From positions 178,914-242,913 of the forward strand of contig CAYWDM010000001.1 of assembly GCA_964457085.1 (NCBI GenBank): DNA of 64,000 bases, written 5' to 3'. Source of the stretch: an uncultured Pseudomonadales bacterium. GTDB taxonomy: Bacteria > Patescibacteriota > Microgenomatia > UBA1400 > PJMF01. The notes below the pieces were generated by a model. The model made no database searches. It was not told the DNA's origin and saw only the letters and a program-made list of their open reading frames with translations. Below, piece by piece: positions 1 through 12,905 of this stretch. Made by a program: the position numbers and the translations under genes. Every line of letters starts with the position of its first letter. Positions within the stretch are counted from its first letter, which is position 1.

Positions 1-342
1 CTGAAAAATTACACAGAAGAAAGAGCTCTTAAAGCTTTTGACAAAACCCAGAACTCAGCTTACAGAATTATTGATAGCAAGGGTGCAACGTATTATGCAA
101 TTGGAGTTGTAGTCGCCCACATGGTTGAGACAATATTTTCTGACGCTCGCAGAGTCATGCCACTATCTATTCCATTACACGGCTTTTATGGACTTCATGG
201 CTTGGCGTTGAGTGCCCCCTGCATACTGGGGCGAGATGGAGTTCAGACAACACTAGAAATTAAACTTTCAGCCAAAGAACGAGAACAACTCTATCACTCC
301 GCAGAAATTCTGAAAAAAAATCTCCAGCTGAGCGGCATCTAA
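1..342 (+). CDS. ldh: L-lactate dehydrogenase, C-terminal part (truncated by window edge)
   Basis: Frame is open from base 1 and reads ...AYRIIDSKGATYYAIG...LSAPCILGRDG, the C-terminal signature of L-LDH. Confidence 0.85.
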   Translation: MKNYTEERALKAFDKTQNSAYRIIDSKGATYYAIGVVVAHMVETIFSDARRVMPLSIPLHGFYGLHGLALSAPCILGRDGVQTTLEIKLSAKEREQLYHSAEILKKNLQLSGI

Positions 343-343
343 G

Positions 344-1198
344 CTACAGTTTTTGACAATCTGGACAATAATAAGTGCCCCGACCAGCAAGTGTTGTTTT
401 GATGATGCTGGTATTGCAGTTTTTGCATGGTTGACCAGCTCTACCGTATGCCAAAATTTCCTCTTGATAACCACCAGCAAATCCATCCACGCTCACATAT
501 TTTCCATCAAAGGTAGTGCCGTGCAACTCAATTCCACGCTGAATTACTTTTTTTGAGGTTTTTAGCAACAAATCTGACTGTTTTCTTGTTAACTCTTTGC
601 TTGGCAGATAGGGAGAAAGCTTTGCCAAATTCAAGGCATCACATGCATAGATATTACCAACTCCAGCGATAAACGTACCATCCATCAATCGTACTTTTAT
701 AGGTCGGCTTGTTCGCTGTAAACCCTGCCAAAAATATTCAGAATTTGCAGCTTCTGTATTAATATCTGGTCCATATTTTGCAAATTCTTGCTTTTTTTGA
801 GCCGCATCAACAATCTTCATCCAGCCGAAAACCCGCTGGTCATTAAAAAATAGAGTAGTGTCGGGATCTTCAAATCGAATGATCACTCTAGTGTGCGCAC
901 TTGGTAGTGTCTGCACCCAGTCTGCAGTCGGATGGCCACCACCAACTCGCTTGTCTCCGGACATGACAATTATCTGACCGGTCATTTTTAAATGCACTAG
1001 AATTGAATACTCGCCATCGGTATTTATTGATAGTATTTTGGCACCACGATCAACTCCTGTGATTTTTTTACCAATCACAGATTCTGTCAAGCCAACAAGA
1101 CTTTTTGATTTTATGACCTCAATCCCAACAATTCGCTGACCTATAATAACCTCAGTTAAGCGTCTACGAATTGTTTCCACTTCTGGTAATTCCGGCAT
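344..1198 (-). CDS. mutM: Formamidopyrimidine-DNA glycosylase (Fpg/MutM)
   Basis: N-terminal MPELPEVE (start placed at this Met), HLKMTG, GVGNIYA, C-terminal zinc finger CKNC...RGTYYCPDCQ. Confidence 0.95.
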   Translation of the reverse strand: MPELPEVETIRRRLTEVIIGQRIVGIEVIKSKSLVGLTESVIGKKITGVDRGAKILSINTDGEYSILVHLKMTGQIIVMSGDKRVGGGHPTADWVQTLPSAHTRVIIRFEDPDTTLFFNDQRVFGWMKIVDAAQKKQEFAKYGPDINTEAANSEYFWQGLQRTSRPIKVRLMDGTFIAGVGNIYACDALNLAKLSPYLPSKELTRKQSDLLLKTSKKVIQRGIELHGTTFDGKYVSVDGFAGGYQEEILAYGRAGQPCKNCNTSIIKTTLAGRGTYYCPDCQKL

Positions 1199-1224
1199 TA
1201 TTTCAGTCCACAATCGCCCACAGA

Positions 1225-4182
1225 TTATCCTCGATGTGTTGGTGCGTTAATCAAACCACATTTTTTGTATTTCAAGCCACTACCGCAAGGACACGGTTCA
1301 TTGCGACCAATTTTCGCAACTGCAGAACCTGGATTTGGTCGATTGGTCTGTGTTGTTTTGCCAAGAGCAGATGCTAAATCACCTAGTGACCCTTTGATCT
1401 GTCTCGGCGAGGCTGGAGCTGCACTGGGAATAGTAGCATCGGCAACTTCTTTTGCCAGACTTTCATTAATGTCTTCTTTTACCAATTTAATTTTGGTCGG
1501 CATGGTTTGAGACATTTGTGGAGCGGGTTGAATTCTAAAGATTCTTGATGCAATCGTCAGCTCAATCGAGCTCATCAATTCATCAAACATTGCAAAAGCC
1601 TCTTTTTGATATTCAGCCAATACGGTTCGCTTGTCACCACGCAGCCAAATACCATCTCGCAGATTATCAATCTCATCAAGATGATCCATCCATTTCTCAT
1701 CAATGGTTGAAAGAGTAGTGTATCGCTCAAGTTCTCGAGCCAATTCTAGTCCCAGACTCTTCTCACGTGAGGCATATGTTTGCTTAATTACATCCAAGAG
1801 CAAATCAATAACTGCATCTGCGTTTGACTGCTGACTAACTGTGTCACGCAACCGACTCTGAGAACCATCATCAAATGGAATAACCTTGATAAAATCCTTC
1901 ACTATTCCATCGCTGTCTGTCTGGTCAAAAGGCCCCGCTCCTCGTTGATTTACAATTGATCGTATTTCTTCTTCAATGTAGCCAAGAATTTCACTCTTAA
2001 GTGTCTCTGTTTCAGCATCGTTTGAAGTTTCACCAGCCATCTCCAGCAATCTACGTCGCTTACGATAAATGATTTCACGATGTTGATTCATGACATCATC
2101 AAACTCAACTAAGCGTTTACGTTGGTCAAAGAAAAATCCCTCGACTTTAACTTGTGCAGACTCAATAGATTTACTCACCATGCCATGCTCAATAGGCTGA
2201 TCTTCCTCAATCTTGAGAAAATCCATCACCTTCGCAATCTGTTCACCGCCGAAAATACGCATAATATCGTCATCAAGTGCTACAAAAAATTGTGAAGAGC
2301 CGGGATCACCTTGTCGACCAGATCGACCACGAAGCTGGTTATCAATACGTCGGGATTCATGACGCTCAGTGGCGATAATGCATAATCCACCAGCGGCAAC
2401 CACATCATCGTGTGCCTGTCGCCATTTATTGAGTGCTTTTTCATACTCACCCAATTTATAGTTAGCAGGATTAATATTTGAAGGTAAACCAAGTTTCTGG
2501 AACTCAGCGGGAATCTTGGTTTTTTCTTTTGACAACACTTTTTTACGATAATCTTTCAGTTCAGGCTTGGCACCACCTAAGACAATGTCAACACCACGGC
2601 CAGCAATATTTGTGGCTACAGTGATAGCATTCTGTTTGCCTGCGTCTGCGATGATAAATGCCTCTTTTTCGTGGTTCTTAGCATTCAATACCTGATGGAC
2701 AATGCCTTTGCGTTTCAGAAAGTTGGCGATTGTTTGATTATGCTCAATCGATCTGGTTCCAATTAGAATTGGCCTGCCGGTTTTGTGAATCTCTTCAACT
2801 TCCCGAGCAATTGCAGAGTATTTTGCAGCGGTAGATTTGTAAACCGCATCACCTTGATCTACACGAGTGACTGGTCGATGGGTTGGGATTACCAACACGT
2901 CTGTATGATAGATTTTATTGAACTCTTCTGCCTCAGTTGCAGCTGTACCAGTCATACCTGATAGTTTCTGGTAAAGCCGAAAGTAGTTTTGCAACGAAAT
3001 TGTTGCCAAAGTTCGCGATTCTTGTTGGATAGGCACACCTTCTTTAGCTTCGATAGACTGATGTAATCCATCTGAATAGCGACGACCATACATCAACCGA
3101 CCAGTGTGTTCATCAACGATGATGACTTGGTTGTCACGAACGATGTATTCACGATCTCTAAGATAGAGTGTGTTTGATTTCAATGCTGACTCGACGTGGT
3201 GGATGGTGTCGAAACTCTCTTCGTATAAATTCTTAACCCCGAGTTTTTGCTCGATGCGCTTCACACCCAAGTCAGTCAAAGTAACATTTTTGGCTTTTTC
3301 GTCAATCTTATAATCTTGGTCACGAACCAAAGATTTGACCATGTGTGCAAACTCAAAATACTGTCTGGTGGGTTCGCTGTCCGGAGCAGAAATAATCAGT
3401 GGAGTACGTGCCTCATCAATCAAAATTGAGTCAGCCTCATCGACAATTGCATAGTGGTGACCACTCTCTGATCGCTGTACCATTTGGCCCAAAGACTGAA
3501 CCATATTGTCACGTAAATAATCGAAGCCAAACTCGTTATTTGTTCCATACGTGATGTCCGCACTATACGCATCTTTTCGCGACACAACTCTAAAATGCTC
3601 CAACCGCTCATCACCACGCTCTTCACTGTCAACTTCAGGATCATAGACTTTAGCCTGATCATGAATAATAACTGCGGTGGTTAGTCCTAAAAAGTGATAA
3701 ATTGGACCCATCCAACCAACGCCAACCTCAGCCAAGTAGTCATTTACAGTCACTAAATGTGAACCTTTACCTAGCAACGAATTCAAATAGAGTGGAGCAG
3801 AAACGGTTAAAGTTTTACCCTCACCAGTTTTTTGTTCGGTAATGTTGCCATAGTGCAACGCCACACCTGCAAGTAACTGCACATCGAAATGTCGCATGCC
3901 TAAAACTCGCTTTGAGACCTCACGAACAGTTGCGAACACCTCAGGCATTAATTGTTCAAGTACGGCTGCTTCAGCTTGTTTCACCTGCAGCTCGCTACTC
4001 TGATCAACCCCAGAAAGTGCCTCTGCAATGCGATCCTTAAAAACCTTGGTCTGTTTGGCTAACTGGGTATCACTGAGTTTACTGAGTGCAGGCTCAAAGG
4101 TGTTGATTTGATCAACTACTTTTTGGAATTTTCCAAGTTTTCGTTTATTTTCGTCAAATAAATCTGTAAAAAATTTAAGCAT
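1225..4182 (-). CDS. secA: Protein translocase ATPase SecA
   Basis: KTGEGKT, DEADSILIDEARTPLIIS, ATNIAGRGVDI, RRIDNQLRGRSGRQGDPG, C-terminal GRNEPCPCGSG. Confidence 0.98.
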   Translation of the reverse strand: MLKFFTDLFDENKRKLGKFQKVVDQINTFEPALSKLSDTQLAKQTKVFKDRIAEALSGVDQSSELQVKQAEAAVLEQLMPEVFATVREVSKRVLGMRHFDVQLLAGVALHYGNITEQKTGEGKTLTVSAPLYLNSLLGKGSHLVTVNDYLAEVGVGWMGPIYHFLGLTTAVIIHDQAKVYDPEVDSEERGDERLEHFRVVSRKDAYSADITYGTNNEFGFDYLRDNMVQSLGQMVQRSESGHHYAIVDEADSILIDEARTPLIISAPDSEPTRQYFEFAHMVKSLVRDQDYKIDEKAKNVTLTDLGVKRIEQKLGVKNLYEESFDTIHHVESALKSNTLYLRDREYIVRDNQVIIVDEHTGRLMYGRRYSDGLHQSIEAKEGVPIQQESRTLATISLQNYFRLYQKLSGMTGTAATEAEEFNKIYHTDVLVIPTHRPVTRVDQGDAVYKSTAAKYSAIAREVEEIHKTGRPILIGTRSIEHNQTIANFLKRKGIVHQVLNAKNHEKEAFIIADAGKQNAITVATNIAGRGVDIVLGGAKPELKDYRKKVLSKEKTKIPAEFQKLGLPSNINPANYKLGEYEKALNKWRQAHDDVVAAGGLCIIATERHESRRIDNQLRGRSGRQGDPGSSQFFVALDDDIMRIFGGEQIAKVMDFLKIEEDQPIEHGMVSKSIESAQVKVEGFFFDQRKRLVEFDDVMNQHREIIYRKRRRLLEMAGETSNDAETETLKSEILGYIEEEIRSIVNQRGAGPFDQTDSDGIVKDFIKVIPFDDGSQSRLRDTVSQQSNADAVIDLLLDVIKQTYASREKSLGLELARELERYTTLSTIDEKWMDHLDEIDNLRDGIWLRGDKRTVLAEYQKEAFAMFDELMSSIELTIASRIFRIQPAPQMSQTMPTKIKLVKEDINESLAKEVADATIPSAAPASPRQIKGSLGDLASALGKTTQTNRPNPGSAVAKIGRNEPCPCGSGLKYKKCGLINAPTHRG

Positions 4183-4293
4183 AATTATGTAGTAGCACAG
4201 CTACTCCTTTTCAAACTGACTCATAGTAGTATAGGCAGAATTAATAGCTTTACAACCACTAGCAACTCGAGAAAACAAGGCTTGATATCTTGG

Positions 4294-5574
4294 TTATTTT
4301 TCACCAGTAATCAAGCTTTTTCCCATATATGACTGCAATACTTGTGGCACAATTATTGAGCCATCAGCTTGTTGGTAATTCTCCACAATTGCTGCTAGTA
4401 ACCGAGGGGTAGCAGCAACAGTATTGTTGAGAGTATAGACAAATTTTGTGGTGCCATCTTTAGCACGATACTTAATATTCAAGCGTCTGGCTTGAAAATC
4501 ATTGAAATAACTTGCTGAGTGAGTCTCACGATATTTACCCTGTGATGGGAACCAAGTTTCGATGTCATATTTCTTACGCTGACCAGCACCCATATCTCCA
4601 GAGCACATTAAGAGTACTTGGTATGATAAACCCAGATCTTTCAATAATTGCTCCGAGAAACCTACCATTTTCTGGTGCCACTCGCGGGTTAAGTCCTCGT
4701 CAGCGACGGTATAAACCACTTGCTCCACCTTGTTAAACTGGTGTACTCGAATTACACCCTGAGTATCCTTGCCATACGTACCGACTTCTCGTCTGAAACA
4801 AGGGGATAAACCCACCATTTTGATTGGCAAATCTGATTCGTTGAGAACTTCATCTTGATAGTATGCAGTTAACGCAACTTCAGCTGTTCCAGCTAAAATT
4901 TGACCATCTTGTGTTTTGTAGTGATCTTCTTTGCCCCAAGGGAAATAGCCGGTGCCACTCATGGCCTCAGTGTTGACTAGAACAGGAGCTCCAATGGGCA
5001 TGAAACCCTGTTTAATCATTAAATCCATGGCGTAATGGAGTATCGCTTGTTCAAGTAAGAAACCATCATTTTGCAAGAAATAGGTTCTAAACCCACCAAT
5101 TTTCACTGCTCTTTTAGTCTCAAGCATCTTGAGATTTTCCATCAGTTCATGATGCTGCTTGGGAACAAATTCAAATTTTGGTAGCTCGCCCTCTTGGCGA
5201 ACCACCTGATTGCCTGATTCATCTGGTGCAATCGGAACATCGGCTGCAGGAACATTAGGAACGCAGAGCAGTGCTTCTTTGAACTCAGTCTCAGCTGCCT
5301 GCAAGGTTGGCTCGAGTTCTTTTAATTGAGCCTTCAATTTCTTACCAATTTCAATCTGCTCACTGGTAGGTTTGCCGCCAGTTTTGACTGCTTGCTTCAC
5401 ATCCTCAACATTAGCATTTGCCTCAGCTCGAATTTTTTCAACTTGAACCAATAATTGCCTACGCCTGGAATCAACATCCAACAGGGTATCCACCACTTTT
5501 GAGTCCAGCTGTTTGTCGCTGCAACCTTGTTTTACTTGTTCTGCGTTGGCTCGAATAAAAGCTATGTCTAACAT
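4294..5574 (-). CDS. serS: Serine--tRNA ligase
   Basis: N-terminal coiled coil, GTAEV, CFRREVG, RVHQFNKVE, TLNNT motifs. Confidence 0.97.
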   Translation of the reverse strand: MLDIAFIRANAEQVKQGCSDKQLDSKVVDTLLDVDSRRRQLLVQVEKIRAEANANVEDVKQAVKTGGKPTSEQIEIGKKLKAQLKELEPTLQAAETEFKEALLCVPNVPAADVPIAPDESGNQVVRQEGELPKFEFVPKQHHELMENLKMLETKRAVKIGGFRTYFLQNDGFLLEQAILHYAMDLMIKQGFMPIGAPVLVNTEAMSGTGYFPWGKEDHYKTQDGQILAGTAEVALTAYYQDEVLNESDLPIKMVGLSPCFRREVGTYGKDTQGVIRVHQFNKVEQVVYTVADEDLTREWHQKMVGFSEQLLKDLGLSYQVLLMCSGDMGAGQRKKYDIETWFPSQGKYRETHSASYFNDFQARRLNIKYRAKDGTTKFVYTLNNTVAATPRLLAAIVENYQQADGSIIVPQVLQSYMGKSLITGEK

Positions 5575-5593
5575 GATTCATTCCCTTTTTAAG

Positions 5594-7681
5594 TTACTTT
5601 TTCATGGCTTGAAATACCTGGATTAAAAAAGCAATGTGATCTTCAGGTGTTTTGCCAATTAATTCAAATCCTTGAGCAATGTCAGCTCGACTGACATTGG
5701 CAGCGAAAGCCTTATCTTTAATTTTTTTCTTGATTGATTTAACTTCCATCCCCTCAAAACCAGTGGGTCGAAGTATCGACGCGGCATGCATCAAACCTGA
5801 GAGTTCATCGCAGGCAAAAAGGTATTTGTCGAGCATGGTACTCGCAGTTACTCCAGTACGATCTGGTGCATGTGCCAAAATTGCTTGTCGCAGCTCAACT
5901 GGGTATTTCTCTAACATTTCCGCAACTGCTTTGTTTGGGTGTTCGTCTGGAAATGCTTCCCAGTCAACATCGTGAAGCAATCCTGTTTGATACCATAACT
6001 CAGTGTCCTGTCCCAAAGCTTTTGCATATGTCTCCATAGCCGCAGCAACCATTCGGCAATGGTGAGCTAACTTATCGTTCTTAATATACTGCTCAACAAG
6101 CACCTCGGCTTCACTGCGAGCGGGGAGAGTGCCACCTGGTGTGAGCTGTATAGAAACTGTTTGTGCTGGCTTGCCATGATCAACTGTCGCAGTTTTTTGG
6201 GCTGTCCCACCTGCCTGAGGTGTTGCTGTTTGGTTTTTCACTGGTCTCAAAGTTGGAAATGCGATCACCTCTCGAATACTCCAGGTATTTGTCAAAAACA
6301 TCACCAAGCGATCAATGCCAATGCCAATGCCACCGAGTGGAGGCATGCCATGCTCCATTGCCTCCAAAAAATCTTCATCAACTGGATGGGCCTCGCTGTC
6401 ACCCTGGCGCATATGTTTCTGTTCATTTTCAAAGCGTGAGCGCTGGTCTAACGCATCAGTAATCTCACTCCAGCCATCACCAATTTCCTTGCCCGCAATA
6501 TATCCCTCAAATCGCTCAACTAAGTCTGGGTTAATTCGGTGCTGCTTAGATAATGGACTGACCTCCTTAGGATAATCAATAATCCAAGTTGGTTGAATCA
6601 AATGTCTTGGCACTAAGTGATCGAAAATCGAAAAGATTGCCTTACCACGATTGAACTCGCCAATTGGCTTGAGGTTATTTTCGGTCAATATCTTTTGTAG
6701 CTGAGCATCATCGGTCTCACTCAATTTAATACCAGTGTACTGCTCCAGTGCCGACTCCATCGTCAATCTTGGCCACTTCACACCAACGTCAATCTCATGT
6801 TCCATCACTTTCAACTTTGAGCCACCATGTAGTTTACCAACTAAATGCTTTACCAAGCCTTCAGTCACATCCATCATTCGATGATAATCAGCATATGCTT
6901 CATACCATTCAATCATGGTAAATTCTGGTTGGTGAGTTTGATCAATACCTTCATTACGGAAATTGCGAGCAATCTCGAAGATTCGTTCGTAACCACCAAC
7001 GATCAATCGTTTGAGATATAGCTCAGGTGCCAATCGCAAGTAATAGTTAGTATCAAGTGCATTCATATGCGTGGTAAATGGCTTAGCATTTGTTCCACCA
7101 TACAATGCTTGCAACACTGGAGTTTCAACCTCTACAAAGTTGTGTTCATCCTGCAGATAACGACGTATTTCTTTTTCAATCAGCCACCGAGCATCTAAAA
7201 TCTTGCGCACATCTTCATTTACGAGCATATCTAAATAACGCTTACGGAATCGAACTTCTTTGTCTTCTGCTTGGTTCCATTCTGTGGGTAGTGGACGCAG
7301 TGCTTTGCCCAAAAAATCCATCTTGGATGCCATAACTGTCAACTCGCCTGTCTTGGTACGACCAACTTCACCCGCCACACCCAAAAAATCGCCTGCATCA
7401 ATATTGGCTAACAAAGCATATGACTCTTCGCCAAGTTTTTCTTGATGTAGCATCACCTGCATCTTGCCAGTTGAATCAGCTAAGTTGAGAAAAGAAACCT
7501 TACCATGCGATCGCAGCGACATAATTCTGCCAGCAGTAGTGATACTCTGACCCTCCGCCAATAATGCCTGTTTAATGGTATGAGATTTAGCGAACGAGTA
7601 GGGATGGGCTAATACACCAGCTTTTTCTAAAGCTTGGCGCTTTTCCTTCTTTGCTTGAATGGTTTCATCGATTCTAGACAT
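5594..7681 (-). CDS. lysS: Lysine--tRNA ligase (class II) with a C-terminal HD-superfamily hydrolase domain
   Basis: OB-fold, YLRLAPELYLKRL, RNFRNEGID, GMPPLGGIGIGIDRL, IAFP; then a low-complexity linker and ~175 aa with HHC...LLHDVDW...HP...ACDELSG. Confidence 0.95.
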   Translation of the reverse strand: MSRIDETIQAKKEKRQALEKAGVLAHPYSFAKSHTIKQALLAEGQSITTAGRIMSLRSHGKVSFLNLADSTGKMQVMLHQEKLGEESYALLANIDAGDFLGVAGEVGRTKTGELTVMASKMDFLGKALRPLPTEWNQAEDKEVRFRKRYLDMLVNEDVRKILDARWLIEKEIRRYLQDEHNFVEVETPVLQALYGGTNAKPFTTHMNALDTNYYLRLAPELYLKRLIVGGYERIFEIARNFRNEGIDQTHQPEFTMIEWYEAYADYHRMMDVTEGLVKHLVGKLHGGSKLKVMEHEIDVGVKWPRLTMESALEQYTGIKLSETDDAQLQKILTENNLKPIGEFNRGKAIFSIFDHLVPRHLIQPTWIIDYPKEVSPLSKQHRINPDLVERFEGYIAGKEIGDGWSEITDALDQRSRFENEQKHMRQGDSEAHPVDEDFLEAMEHGMPPLGGIGIGIDRLVMFLTNTWSIREVIAFPTLRPVKNQTATPQAGGTAQKTATVDHGKPAQTVSIQLTPGGTLPARSEAEVLVEQYIKNDKLAHHCRMVAAAMETYAKALGQDTELWYQTGLLHDVDWEAFPDEHPNKAVAEMLEKYPVELRQAILAHAPDRTGVTASTMLDKYLFACDELSGLMHAASILRPTGFEGMEVKSIKKKIKDKAFAANVSRADIAQGFELIGKTPEDHIAFLIQVFQAMKK

Positions 7682-7751
7682 ATATCTTTCTCCGTATGTA
7701 CCAGGCAATTGTATCAGAAATCAGCACAGCTAGAGGAGAAGTCTGATTACC

Positions 7752-7775
7752 AAAAACCCCGCTTGGTAGCGGGGT
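7752..7775 (-). terminator. Rho-independent terminator after greA
   Basis: Stem ACCCCGCT-tggt-AGCGGGGT followed by a T-run on the minus strand. Confidence 0.7.
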
Positions 7776-7797
7776 GTAATTGCTTGTTATTTTTTAC

Positions 7798-8280
7798 TTA
7801 TTTGATGTCAGTAATGGTATAAACAATTTCTCCCGCTGGGGCTTTAACAGTGACTGAGTCACCTTTATTTTTACCCATGATGGCTTTACCCATGGGTGAC
7901 ACGCTAGAAACTTTACCTGAATCAGGATCAGACTCAAATTCACCGACTACGGTAATGGTCAACTTTTTGGTTGTACCTTTGAGTGTCAATGTCACCACTG
8001 AACCCATACCAATTGAGGATCCGGATTTCTTATTGGCAACAACTTTTGCCTTAGAAATAATCTCTTCTATATCGAAAATACGTGCCTCAGCAATCGATTG
8101 CTCATCCATTGCACTTTGATAATCAGCGTTTTCGCTTAAATCGCCCTGTTCTCTGGCATTTGCGACACGCTCAATGATCTTAGGCAATCTATTTTTGACC
8201 AATTCATGTAGTTCTTGATTTAATTCATCAAGACCAACTTGAGTCAGTTGAATTGTGGTTTGACTAGCTTTGTCTGGCAT
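7798..8280 (-). CDS. greA: Transcription elongation factor GreA
   Basis: GDLSENADY and VSSVSPMGKAIMGK motifs. Confidence 0.96.
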   Translation of the reverse strand: MPDKASQTTIQLTQVGLDELNQELHELVKNRLPKIIERVANAREQGDLSENADYQSAMDEQSIAEARIFDIEEIISKAKVVANKKSGSSIGMGSVVTLTLKGTTKKLTITVVGEFESDPDSGKVSSVSPMGKAIMGKNKGDSVTVKAPAGEIVYTITDIK

Positions 8281-8362
8281 ACAAAAAGTAGTATAACTAC
8301 TTTTAAAGACCGCGCAAGAGGGGCAGAATTAAATTTTTCGAATCTGAAGCTAAAAATTCTGA

Positions 8363-8782
8363 TTAAATACTGGTTTTTCGAGTGCGCTGAGCTAATCTGA
8401 GCTCCAACATTGCTTGTCGTAGCGAGGCTTCAGCCATCATCATTTCTCGTTGATCTACAGTTTTACTCATTGTTTCATTTGCAGCTGCGACGGCAGCTTG
8501 AGCTTTTTGGACACTGATTTCACGATCTAATACTGCACTGTCTACAAGTACTGCTACCTGTTTTTTCCCAGCCACATCTAGAAACCCAGAAGATACGACT
8601 AAAAAGTGCTCGACCTTATTTTGTCGGTACGTCATTACACCCGGACTCACTTTTGTAAATAGTGGGACGTGCTCGGGAAGAATCGTTAGTTCACCACCGA
8701 CGGTTGGGATAGTGATGGAATCCACTTGCTCTGAAAGCAGTTGCTTCTCTTGAGAAATTACTTGTAATAAGAATTGCTTCAT
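8363..8782 (-). CDS. atpC: F1Fo ATP synthase epsilon subunit
   Basis: GELTILPEHVP, SSGFLDV; last gene of the atp operon. Confidence 0.92.
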   Translation of the reverse strand: MKQFLLQVISQEKQLLSEQVDSITIPTVGGELTILPEHVPLFTKVSPGVMTYRQNKVEHFLVVSSGFLDVAGKKQVAVLVDSAVLDREISVQKAQAAVAAANETMSKTVDQREMMMAEASLRQAMLELRLAQRTRKTSI

Positions 8783-8788
8783 ACCGTT

Positions 8789-11103
<2,315 letters not shown>

Positions 11104-11118
11104 AGCGTGCCTCGAACC

Positions 11119-12654
11119 TTAGTCTTCCACCATTAATAGATCACGGTTAAATGAATTGAAATTAGTAATCATTTCGTTAATTTTTGCCTCGAGCTCGGGA
11201 CTGACTTTTTTCTCTGTGGCGATCTCTCTGAGCATTTCTGATTGGGTAGTTCGGAAATATTCTGTATATCTACGTTCCCACTCAGCAAGTTGGTCTTCTT
11301 CGACAGTGTCTAGATATCCCTTAACAGCTGCAAAAATAATTAACACCTGTTCCTCAACCTTTAATGGTTTGTCCCAACCCTGCTTGAGTACTGCATTAAC
11401 TCTTTGACCTCGAGCTAATTGGGATTTGGTTTTATCATCAAGATCTGAACTAAATTGTGCAAAAGCTTGCAGCTCACGGAACTGTGCCAAATCAAGCTTC
11501 ATGGTTCCAGCGACTTGCTTCATGGCTTTGGTCTGAGCAGCACTACCCACACGAGATACTGATAAACCAACGTTGATAGCTGGTTTCATTCCCGAGTTAA
11601 ATAGATCGGTTTCGAGATAAATTTGACCGTCGGTGATAGAAATTACGTTAGTTGGAATATATGCCGAAACGTCATTTGCCTGAGTCTCAATCACTGGCAG
11701 TGCAGTTATAGAACCACCACCATTGTCCTCATTGAGTCGGCAAGCACGCTCCAGTAGGCGAGAGTGGAGATAGAAAACATCTCCAGGATATGCCTCACGA
11801 CCTGATGGACGGCGAAGCAATAATGAAATCTCACGGTATGCCTGGGCATGCTTGGTGAGGTCATCATAAATAATTAAAACGTCTTTACCTTTTTCTAAGA
11901 AATATTCAGCAACTGCCAATCCAGAATACGGTGCCAAAAATTGTTCGGAAGCACTATCTGACGCGGTTGCAGAAACAATCACGGTATAGGCCATGGCTCC
12001 ACGCTCTTCCAGCAATTGCTTAGTCTGAGCTAACGAAGATTTTTTCTGACCAATACACACGTAGACACAAATCACACCCAAACCTTGTTGGTTAAGAATA
12101 GTGCCAAGTGCGATAGCGGTTTTTCCAGTAGCACGATCACCGATAATCAGCTCACGCTGACCACGACCAATAGGAATCATGGCATCAATTGCCTTAACAC
12201 CAGTTTGTAATGGCTCAGTGACTGATTTGCGAGTCATAACACCGGGAGCTACTCGCTCTAGCAACATATACTTATCTATCGAAAAAGTACCCTTACCATC
12301 AATTGGACGACCCAGACTGTCTAAAACTCTGCCCATCACACCTTCACCCACGCCAACCGATAATACGCGACCAGTGCGCTTAACTGTGTCTCCGACACTC
12401 AAATCCTTAGTATTACCAAGAACCACTAAACCAACAGATTCTTTTTCGAGATTTAAAGCAAGAGCGAATCGATCTTGTCCAAGATCAACCAATTCGCCTG
12501 ATTGCACATCTTCAAGTCCTGATGCCTTAATAACACCATCAGAAAAAGAGAGTATTTTGCCAACAGACTCGATTTTTGGATTGAGTTTTACTCCTGATAT
12601 TTTCTCTATTAGATTTGTAGAAAAAACTGAGCTGGACTGGGTTGAGTTTTTCAT
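11119..12654 (-). CDS. atpA: F1Fo ATP synthase alpha subunit
   Basis: GRGQRELIIGDRATGKT, RRPSGREAYPGDVFYLHSRLLERA. Confidence 0.98.
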   Translation of the reverse strand: MKNSTQSSSVFSTNLIEKISGVKLNPKIESVGKILSFSDGVIKASGLEDVQSGELVDLGQDRFALALNLEKESVGLVVLGNTKDLSVGDTVKRTGRVLSVGVGEGVMGRVLDSLGRPIDGKGTFSIDKYMLLERVAPGVMTRKSVTEPLQTGVKAIDAMIPIGRGQRELIIGDRATGKTAIALGTILNQQGLGVICVYVCIGQKKSSLAQTKQLLEERGAMAYTVIVSATASDSASEQFLAPYSGLAVAEYFLEKGKDVLIIYDDLTKHAQAYREISLLLRRPSGREAYPGDVFYLHSRLLERACRLNEDNGGGSITALPVIETQANDVSAYIPTNVISITDGQIYLETDLFNSGMKPAINVGLSVSRVGSAAQTKAMKQVAGTMKLDLAQFRELQAFAQFSSDLDDKTKSQLARGQRVNAVLKQGWDKPLKVEEQVLIIFAAVKGYLDTVEEDQLAEWERRYTEYFRTTQSEMLREIATEKKVSPELEAKINEMITNFNSFNRDLLMVED

Positions 12655-12661
12655 AAAATAA

Positions 12662-12883
12662 CTAGTCTAGGGATAGTTCTGTGCGCAAAACTACTAGTTT
12701 GTGGGCAACAGTTGCATCTATTTCCTGAGTACCTACAGAAATCTTTACTCCTCCAAGAACTTTAGGGTTTATGACCATTTTATATTCCAGGTCTTTCCCA
12801 TAATGTTTGGTAAGTTTAAGCTTAATGCTTTTCAACACTTCTTCACTCAAAGCTTTTGCTGTGGTGATAACGACTTTCTGCAT
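12662..12883 (-). CDS. atpH: F1Fo ATP synthase delta subunit, short form (C-terminal domain only)
   Basis: Lies between atpF and atpA; ITTAKAL...INPKVLGGVKISVG...IDAT matches the delta C-terminus; only 73 aa. Confidence 0.85.
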   Translation of the reverse strand: MQKVVITTAKALSEEVLKSIKLKLTKHYGKDLEYKMVINPKVLGGVKISVGTQEIDATVAHKLVVLRTELSLD

Positions 12884-12905
12884 ATTTTTCCTTTAAATGA
12901 AGTGG

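Noticed and set aside
1225-1310. Defective SecA zinc-binding tail (CPCGSGLKYKKCG lacks the fourth ligand)
   Set aside because: A nearby His (PTH) could substitute and this tail varies widely among SecA proteins; too weak to report as a finding.
12179-12661. Long antisense ORFs (also 19448..20011, 47981..48343, 59029..59403 and similar)
   Set aside because: They lie opposite well-supported genes and have no recognisable motifs, so they are shadow ORFs.
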